Positions 25,805-32,000 of a DNA stretch of 32,000 nt are shown one piece after another (position 1 is the stretch's first letter; every line of letters starts with the position of its first letter). The notes beneath the pieces were generated by a model. The model saw nothing but the letters and a program-made list of their open reading frames with translations. It had not been told where the DNA came from and ran no database searches. Source of the stretch: Candidatus Helarchaeota archaeon (lineage in GTDB: Archaea > Asgardarchaeota > Lokiarchaeia > Helarchaeales > RDOG01); contig JALGVI010000018.1 in the NCBI GenBank assembly GCA_029838215.1, positions 12,096-44,095 of the forward strand. Direction: 5' to 3'. The position numbers and the translations under genes are program-made.

Positions 25805-26211
25805 TCCCTTTCTTTTTTAATGACTTCATCCATGCTTCTCAACGCAATTGCCAAATCACTTGATTCTGCAATCATTGAGCTGATAAGAATCGTTTCAAGG
25901 ATTTCATCATTCGTTGCTCCCAGTGCGAGCGCATCCTCCACGTGCACTTTTATGCAATGCGTGCATTTTTGACTCACGGCTGCAGATAATGCAATTAACT
26001 CTTTCATTTTTGGGGGTATCGTTGATTTTCGGGATCGCATCACGGAGTTGTTTTTTACAAAAAGACCAACAATGCGCTCGGGATGTTCCTTGAGAACCCG
26101 ATAAATATAAGGTACTGAACCATAAAGTTTTTCCAAACGTGATAAAATGTCATCGACATGGTTTTCCAAATCACGGATTTTTTGCTTCAATATTTTCTCT
26201 TCAGTCATCAT
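25801..26211 (-). CDS. Carboxymuconolactone decarboxylase / AhpD-like family protein
   Basis: CxxC-H motif in SQKCTHCIKVHVEDAL. There is an N-terminal coiled-coil-like extension. The stop shares the tetranucleotide TTAA with the convergent reductase stop. Confidence 0.8.
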   Translation of the reverse strand: MMTEEKILKQKIRDLENHVDDILSRLEKLYGSVPYIYRVLKEHPERIVGLFVKNNSVMRSRKSTIPPKMKELIALSAAVSQKCTHCIKVHVEDALALGATNDEILETILISSMIAESSDLAIALRSMDEVIKKERD

Positions 26212-26417
26212 ATATCTTTCCTTTTCGCTCTTATTATCATGTAATGAAATTGAATTTTAATCCATTTAATTCTTGTAGTGAAACTCCTTAAAAGATTTTC
26301 ATCCCCTTCGTTCATTTTCAACAATTTAAATGATAAGTCAGAAAAGAAACAAGTACGAGAATAAACTTTTTTATCTCGTCGATTCATATTAATCAAGATT
26401 CATTTGAGGTGAATTTT

Positions 26418-27962
26418 ATGACCGAATCTCTTTCTCATTCGGATTTAATGGCTGCTCTTGAGGGTATTGTCGGTAATCGGGCAGTAAATGATTCAGATCA
26501 TGCACGATGGACTTATGCTCTTTCAGAAGCGTGGTCTACTGTTAGTCCCGGATTGACAAATGATCTGGTGCTTGATCTGGGACCGCCTGACGTGATCGTC
26601 AAGCCAAAGACGACAGAACACGTCGTTGAAATCGTGAAACTCGCAAATAAATATAAGATTCCGATCATTCCAAGGGGTGGAGGAACGGGAAATGCATCGG
26701 GTTCAGCGGCTCTCACGAGCGGTGGCATCATGTTAGACATGTTGGACATGAATAAATTTTTGAAGTATGACCCGGTGTCTCGAGCATGTCGCTTCCAAGC
26801 AGGAATTAGTTGGGGTGCGTTGTGCCGAGAGTTGAAAAAATTGGGTTTAACGCCGGGTTTCATGGGGCCTCATGGAATCTATGGAGCTGTAGTTGGTGGT
26901 GGAATATCCTTGGATTCAACGGGAATACAGGGCACCAAATACGGACAGGAGAATGAAAACGTCCAGAACCTACAAGTCGTCCTTCCTAATGGAGAAGTTA
27001 TCGAAACGGGATCGCTAGCGAACAAGAGAACGGAGTGGTATTTTCGATATTGTAATGGTCCCGACCTTGCAGGTTTATTCATGGGTGCTTGCGGAGCATT
27101 TGGCGTTATCACGGAAGTAACTCTACGGACTTATCCAATTCCCGAACACTCCGCAGACATTCTATACCTGTTCCCGAGTGAAATGGATCAGTGTAAGGCA
27201 TTATCGGAGATGGATTCTTATGAACTCATGAGTGACTATTTTGGACTGGCACAGGGCTTTCAATATACCATCATTGAGAACGTGTTCAACCTCCCGCCCG
27301 GCAAGACCCAGAAAGGACCTGCCTTAATTTATACTTCTTCATATGATCCCGTCATCCTCGAACGGAAGACCTTGATGATGGATAAAATTGCGGAAAAATA
27401 CAAGGCGATCAAATTTTCAGGAGATCCCGGTGCATTGGGACTCAGTTGTCACGATACTGATGAGATGCTCGGTGGCGCAATTTGCAAGTGGATGGGAGGC
27501 ATGATGCATAAAACGTGTTCGGTTCTACCTCTACTTGAATGCCCAAAACTGAATGAATGGCATTATAAATTTTTTGCCACTCAACGGGTGCAAGACTTAT
27601 TGACAGAAACAGGTCTTGGAAATAAAGCTTGGAGCATTCAATATCCCGGAGGATGTCGTCATGGATACGTCTTGCACATGTCAATGTTTCATACTGATGC
27701 CACGTCACGGGACATGCGCACGACAGCTTATAAGTTATGGCATGAAATCTTAAAGGCGAAGATTGAACTGGGCACGTCTCCATATTGGGTTGGAAAGGAT
27801 GCATTCTTGCCCCATCTCTGCCACGAAATGAATCCCGTCTATTTGAATTTACTTCACAAGCTTAAAGAATTTTTTGATCCCAACAACATCATGAATCCAG
27901 GTGCTCTTGGTTTGGGACTAGGAGAGAAGTTTCCATGGAAAAATAAAGGTGTATTTAAATGA
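26418..27962 (+). CDS. FAD-linked oxidase (GlcD / D-lactate dehydrogenase-like)
   Basis: FAD-binding PCMH-type motifs (VVEIVKLANKYKIPIIPRGGGTG, GISWGAL). I chose ATG 26418 because GAGGTG lies 7 nt upstream; the track start is GTG 26409. Confidence 0.85.
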   Translation: MTESLSHSDLMAALEGIVGNRAVNDSDHARWTYALSEAWSTVSPGLTNDLVLDLGPPDVIVKPKTTEHVVEIVKLANKYKIPIIPRGGGTGNASGSAALTSGGIMLDMLDMNKFLKYDPVSRACRFQAGISWGALCRELKKLGLTPGFMGPHGIYGAVVGGGISLDSTGIQGTKYGQENENVQNLQVVLPNGEVIETGSLANKRTEWYFRYCNGPDLAGLFMGACGAFGVITEVTLRTYPIPEHSADILYLFPSEMDQCKALSEMDSYELMSDYFGLAQGFQYTIIENVFNLPPGKTQKGPALIYTSSYDPVILERKTLMMDKIAEKYKAIKFSGDPGALGLSCHDTDEMLGGAICKWMGGMMHKTCSVLPLLECPKLNEWHYKFFATQRVQDLLTETGLGNKAWSIQYPGGCRHGYVLHMSMFHTDATSRDMRTTAYKLWHEILKAKIELGTSPYWVGKDAFLPHLCHEMNPVYLNLLHKLKEFFDPNNIMNPGALGLGLGEKFPWKNKGVFK

Positions 27963-29191
27963 GTCAATTCAAATTGGAAGATTTTAAAAAGGAAGTTTGG
28001 TATTGTGGCTGTTGCAGCATGTGCCGCGATACCCAAAGCAAGGGAATTGCTAAAAAACACGCTTGGATTGGTGTCTGTCCTGTCTATGATGTTCTCCGTT
28101 TCGATCATTATACGTCTCGTGGCAGAAACAGCATAGCCAAGTACTTGCTTGAAGAAGTCATTGAATATAATACTGACTTGGCTGACGATGTCATATTTCG
28201 TTGTCTTGGATGCAAGGCATGTGAAGAAATATGCACGCCAACACTCCTTCCCGGTATGAAACCACTCGAGAACATGAAGATCGTGCGTGCCATGCGTCAA
28301 GATTGTTACGCGCGTGGACTGGTTCCAGAAAATCTCAAGGAAACTTTGGCAAAAATCATGGATAATGAAATAGGGAATCCATTTGGATTAGAACGGACGG
28401 AACGAATGGACTGGGCAGAAGAATTAGACCTTCCAAAAAAGGCAGATATTCTTTATTATGCGGGATGTGCCGCCAGTTATCAAAATCAAAACACGCCTGA
28501 AGCTGTAATCAAGATAATGCGGGCTGCTGGAGACGAGGTGGCATATTTAGGGAATGACGAGCTGTGTTGCGGACAACAGCTTTTTTGGATTGGAGATTTT
28601 GAAAATGCCCGAAAAAATGCAGAGGAACTAGTAAAGCGAATCCAAGATACTGGAGCAAAAAAGGTGATTTTTTCCTGTGCTGGATGTTTTAATACATTTA
28701 AGAATGATTATAAAGAATTGGGAATCACGATCCCATTCAAGTTAGAGCACGTGGCAAAGTATCTCGGCTCGGCATTAAAGAAACTTGATATTAAAAATGA
28801 GATAAAGGAACAGGTCACGTATCACGATCCCTGTCATTTAGGTCGGCACGGCGGAGACTACAAGAGTCCAAGGAAGATTCTCAAGAAATTGGGCGTTGAA
28901 TTGGTTGAAATGGAACGGAATAAGGCATTTGCTTATTGTTGCGGCGCAGGTTCAGGCGGAACGTGCTTGATTAATTACCCAGACTTGAATAAGGAGATTC
29001 GCTCCAGAAGAATAAAGGAAGCGGAAGCAACAGGCGCCAAGGTTCTCGTTTCACCGTGCCCAATGTGCATCAAAAACCTACGGGATGCAGCCCAAGAAAA
29101 TGGCGTGGACATGGAATTTTATGACTTGCCAAATCTCGTTGCAGAAAAAGCAGGTCTTAAATCAGACGTGTACGATTCATGGAAAGGATAA
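27959..29191 (+). CDS. Fe-S oxidoreductase with two CCG domains (GlcF/GlpC/HdrD-like)
   Basis: CLGCKACEEIC ferredoxin motif. CCG motifs YAGCAAS...LCCGQ and YHDPCHLGRH...YCCGAGSG...PCPMC. The start overlaps the GlcD-like stop (ATGA). Confidence 0.85.
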   Translation: MSQFKLEDFKKEVWYCGCCSMCRDTQSKGIAKKHAWIGVCPVYDVLRFDHYTSRGRNSIAKYLLEEVIEYNTDLADDVIFRCLGCKACEEICTPTLLPGMKPLENMKIVRAMRQDCYARGLVPENLKETLAKIMDNEIGNPFGLERTERMDWAEELDLPKKADILYYAGCAASYQNQNTPEAVIKIMRAAGDEVAYLGNDELCCGQQLFWIGDFENARKNAEELVKRIQDTGAKKVIFSCAGCFNTFKNDYKELGITIPFKLEHVAKYLGSALKKLDIKNEIKEQVTYHDPCHLGRHGGDYKSPRKILKKLGVELVEMERNKAFAYCCGAGSGGTCLINYPDLNKEIRSRRIKEAEATGAKVLVSPCPMCIKNLRDAAQENGVDMEFYDLPNLVAEKAGLKSDVYDSWKG

Positions 29192-29245
29192 TCCGAACAC
29201 ATCAAAAAAATTTTTTCTTTTTTCAACAAATAGGAGGCAATATTA

Positions 29246-29425
29246 ATGCCATTGATTGAAGTGACAAGTTTTAATCTTTCAGCAGATGTAAAACGTAAGT
29301 TAGTAAATGGTTTAGCTGAAAAAGCATCAGAGATCACGGGAAAACCGTTGGAATATTTTACGGTTGTCATTCGTGAAGTATCAGGTCCCGAAGCCTGGGG
29401 ACACCGAGGCAAATGTCTCGGTTAA
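29246..29425 (+). CDS. 4-oxalocrotonate tautomerase family protein (59 aa, below ORF-track cut-off)
   Basis: Hand translation gives MPLIEVTSFNLSADVKRKLVNGLAEKASEITGKPLEYFTVVIREVSGPEAWGHRGKCLG. The catalytic-type Pro follows the initiator Met, with beta-alpha-beta spacing. GGAGG lies 8 nt upstream. Confidence 0.7.
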   Translation: MPLIEVTSFNLSADVKRKLVNGLAEKASEITGKPLEYFTVVIREVSGPEAWGHRGKCLG

Positions 29426-29437
29426 AAACCCTTTTTT

Positions 29438-29797
29438 TTATGATTTCACGACTTGAACGAATGTTTTTCCATCTTTTTCGATTAATTTAACCCAGTTTAT
29501 GTCTCTAAAAAACGTTAAAAGGACTTTAAATTCATGTGCCTTCAGGTTCAGAGTTTTCATTAGATCCTCAGGAGTTTTTTCAGATATTGCGATTGTTTCA
29601 TAAAAATTCTTGCTTTGAGGAGGAATTCTTTTTAGAAGTTCTTCGCGTGAGAGAGAGCTTGCAAGTTTTTCAATGTTTTCAAGGCAATAATGCACGTCAC
29701 ATTCTTGCATGTAGCAATCATCACAAATATAAACCCCATTAATTTCGTAGATATAGCGAGGATCTGTTTTTCGCCCGCATTGAGAACAAAGATTCAT
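29438..29797 (-). CDS. Small protein with N-terminal zinc ribbon and possible winged-helix C-terminus
   Basis: CSQC ... CDDC in the first 30 aa. It is co-directional with, and 58 nt downstream of, the KaiC-like/V4R gene. Confidence 0.55.
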   Translation of the reverse strand: MNLCSQCGRKTDPRYIYEINGVYICDDCYMQECDVHYCLENIEKLASSLSREELLKRIPPQSKNFYETIAISEKTPEDLMKTLNLKAHEFKVLLTFFRDINWVKLIEKDGKTFVQVVKS

Positions 29798-29855
29798 GAG
29801 ATCAAGATTCCAAATTAAGAAATAAAATTGCCGTAGGACAAGTCAAAAGGACTAT

Positions 29856-31685
29856 TTACAAGACCAAAGACGAATATTCATCTAATGGGAGAACCTCAAA
29901 TTCACAGTGAGGATCACCTTTTGTAATGCACTTTGTTTCTTCACAAATTAGTTTTTTCTTTGTAATGAATTCCAAGATTCCTGCAAAGACACCAGAAGAT
30001 ATAAAATCCTTCCCTGATTGTTGTTGTTTGAAGTTTGGCGGAGGATTGATTCCATTATTTGGTTTGGCCGTGCCAATTAGAGGATTTTTCACTATGACTT
30101 TTAGGTAGCCCCGTTCGAGGTCAAGTTCCTTGATTTCGGCTATGCCCCATCCTCTTGAACCCACGATTTGCATGTAGACTCTGAGAATTGATGCTCCTGT
30201 CAGGTTATATTTCGCAGTAAGGATTTGACAAAATTGCAAAGCCATTCGTTCTCCTGCATGGTATAATATTTCTTTTGCTTTTTCAAATCCCACGATGTCT
30301 TCAGCAGACTCCACGATGTGCAGGAGGGTTCCGCGCGGCATGAGTAGCACGCGAGTCCCGAAAAGACTTAACGTGCCATCCCGTTCAAAACTCAATTCGT
30401 CCTTGATTTTCATCATGTCCGTGCTGAGAGGAGCAAGATCCTTGCTGGGAGATCCAATAAATTCGCAATATTCATCTTTAGTCGAAATGCATTTACTTTC
30501 AAAAAACTCCCATGGCTCACCCGTGATGAATTCCGTGAGACGTGCCATGAAACCCGCAATATGAGAATGGATGGAATTAATGCACTCAAAATTAAAAAGT
30601 CCTTGTGCCTCTACGATTACAACGCCTTTTTCCAAATCCATCTTTTTGAAATTAATATTTCCAAGACCGAGATTTACCGCATGATTAATTACCATCCGGG
30701 CGATCTCGTTAGAGTCTAACTCGAATAGGTTTTGATAATGCATTATGAAAATTTCAGCCATGTTCCTTCCTGATTCATAAGTCATTTGCTTGTACTCGGT
30801 GTAATCAATCCGATCGTGAAGATTTCTATATAAATCCAGAAAAGTTTCTTCAGGAAGGATGAAATGACGCTTTCCAAAAAGCTCAATTTTTCCATCGGCA
30901 GTCATTGACAAGGATTTCTTCAAGAGCGTGAAATTATTGATGAGGTCGGCCTGCATAACAATTTCCGTTTTGGAAAATTCATAAGGAACTTCCATTGACA
31001 GTATTTTCTCGCCAAAAAAACGGTTTTTCATGACACGAAGATGAGGAACGAGAATGGCGGAAATCTCCTTGACGCTCAGATGAATGACGGTTTCAACCAT
31101 GTTTTCCAGTGATGCAACGAACTGGGGCGATAATGCCTTCCTATCGACATAGAATAGACCTAAATCCCTATTTTTTTTCAAGAGAAAGAAGAACTCGCGA
31201 AGAAGTCGCAAAACCTTCTCTTCCGATCCAATCGTGATGACCATGTTTGTAATGTCGTCAACGATCCATCTAACATTTTGCACCTGTTCAAACCGTTCTC
31301 GCGTCATTTCAACCAGATATCTTAACTTGGAAATATCGGTGGGATTTTCAAGGGATGTGACCTCTTTGATGGGAGGAACATCGGGATAGGTAACTGTTCC
31401 ATAGCAATCAATTACTACTAGCTTTTCGTTTTTTATTGCATCTTGCATTTCGGGTGTCGTGAAGAGTTTCAATACGTGGTGAGCAGGAAAACCATAATCT
31501 ATCAAGATCACGCGTGAATCCGAAGATCGTTTAATTGCTTCTCTAGCGAAATAATCCGAAAAATTAGAGAATTGTGTACTTGAATGTTCTGAAACCATCA
31601 AGATTGCGCTTCCAGGTGTTATACCCCCTCCTAAAAGAGCATCTAAAGTTAAAATTCCAAATTTTTCCTGTCTAATATTATTCAT
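29856..31685 (-). CDS. KaiC/RecA-like domain with degenerate P-loop fused to two V4R domains
   Basis: The N-terminus LTLDALLGGGITPGSAILMVSEHSSTQF aligns with the KaiC/RadA pattern LDxLLGGGIPxGSxxLIxGxPGxGKT, but the GKT is lost. The Walker-B-like LVVIDCYG is retained. Two V4R C-terminal signatures are present: ESKCISTKDEYCEFIG and ETKCITKGDPHCEFEV. GGGGAG lies upstream. Confidence 0.75.
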   Translation of the reverse strand: MNNIRQEKFGILTLDALLGGGITPGSAILMVSEHSSTQFSNFSDYFAREAIKRSSDSRVILIDYGFPAHHVLKLFTTPEMQDAIKNEKLVVIDCYGTVTYPDVPPIKEVTSLENPTDISKLRYLVEMTRERFEQVQNVRWIVDDITNMVITIGSEEKVLRLLREFFFLLKKNRDLGLFYVDRKALSPQFVASLENMVETVIHLSVKEISAILVPHLRVMKNRFFGEKILSMEVPYEFSKTEIVMQADLINNFTLLKKSLSMTADGKIELFGKRHFILPEETFLDLYRNLHDRIDYTEYKQMTYESGRNMAEIFIMHYQNLFELDSNEIARMVINHAVNLGLGNINFKKMDLEKGVVIVEAQGLFNFECINSIHSHIAGFMARLTEFITGEPWEFFESKCISTKDEYCEFIGSPSKDLAPLSTDMMKIKDELSFERDGTLSLFGTRVLLMPRGTLLHIVESAEDIVGFEKAKEILYHAGERMALQFCQILTAKYNLTGASILRVYMQIVGSRGWGIAEIKELDLERGYLKVIVKNPLIGTAKPNNGINPPPNFKQQQSGKDFISSGVFAGILEFITKKKLICEETKCITKGDPHCEFEVLPLDEYSSLVL

Positions 31686-32000
31686 CTCAGGATTCTCCCC
31701 TCAGGTTCAGCCACATGAACAGTTTTTATTCGATTTCAAGCTTTATCATGGTGAAAAAATAATTTCAAATAAGTAATGAAAAAAATATTTTTATTAAGAA
31801 AATAATTCGAATCATGATTTTTAAGATTTTTCGCAATAAAAAACGAATTTATCAAAAAAACCGCAATTTATTTAATGGAAATCTAAGAATCTTGTGAACT
31901 TATCAACTCGAAAATCTTGAAAAAATCAATTTTATTTATTTTGATTCATATTCATTTTTAAGAAGAAAACATATCTTTCGTTTTTCTTTTCAGAAATCGT

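Noticed and set aside
26208-26396. 62-aa ORF upstream of the AhpD-like gene
   Set aside because: It sits in the divergent promoter spacer and has an AT-rich Lys/Ile/Phe composition with no SD. It would overlap the AhpD-like start.
1-32000. Antisense or nested ORFs from the track inside long genes (for example 709-987, 2000-2215, 2212-2472, 2713-2988, 3861-4133, 4092-4313, 4953-5195, 7232-7462, 8793-9165, 9297-9506, 10572-10754, 11045-11296, 14872-15400, 17222-17963, 19300-19515, 19787-20065, 20381-21024, 21510-22053, 22399-22857, 22879-23257, 23512-23697, 24312-24703, 25114-25527, 26513-27112, 27442-28300, 29119-29412, 29536-29742, 29926-30564), and a check for mobile elements, CRISPR or tRNA
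   Set aside because: Each nested ORF overlaps a gene with clear family motifs and has an off-frame-like composition. I found no transposase or integrase motifs, no regularly spaced direct repeats and no tRNA-like T-arm (GGTTCGAATCC type) sequences anywhere in the window.

Overview
AT-rich, tightly packed archaeal chromosomal segment. It holds about 35 protein genes, many with overlapping or abutting start and stop codons, and GGAGG/GGTG-type ribosome-binding motifs are frequent. I saw no transposase, integrase, CRISPR array or tRNA.

Gene content, all recognised from remembered family motifs with no searches run:
- M28 peptidase and an ABC-2 exporter
- two-gene SufC/SufB Fe-S assembly module
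- Trm5/Taw2-type tRNA methyltransferase and archaeal-type phosphopantetheine adenylyltransferase
- FeoB with a DtxR-FeoA fusion regulator
- tungsten-type aldehyde:ferredoxin oxidoreductase followed by a MoaD-like beta-grasp protein
- FwdD/FwdB-like molybdopterin subunits and a METTL5-like methyltransferase
- an Arf-family small GTPase flanked by two longin-like proteins
- a redox cluster (OYE/FadH-type reductase, AhpD-like protein, GlcD/GlcF-like pair, 4-OT tautomerase)
- a KaiC-like protein fused to two V4R domains

The GTPase/longin/V4R combination plus anaerobic metabolism suggests an Asgard-type archaeon; this is inference.

The most unusual signal is the 5S rRNA locus at 12472-12623. Every conserved 5S element is present, but the gene order is circularly permuted. 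The normal termini (helix I) are capped by a hairpin loop, and new ends open between helix III and helix II. Those new ends are clamped by a bulge-helix-bulge-like flanking helix.

Other points worth follow-up:
- a strongly structured 300-nt convergent intergenic region (8073-8396) that competes with a 46-aa Cys-rich micro-ORF
- a membrane-anchored protein with four tandem zinc-ribbon repeats in an operon with a DUF1512-like protein
- two TTAGG-N4-CCTAA palindromes bracketing the TATA-like box of the dtxR-feoA/feoB operon
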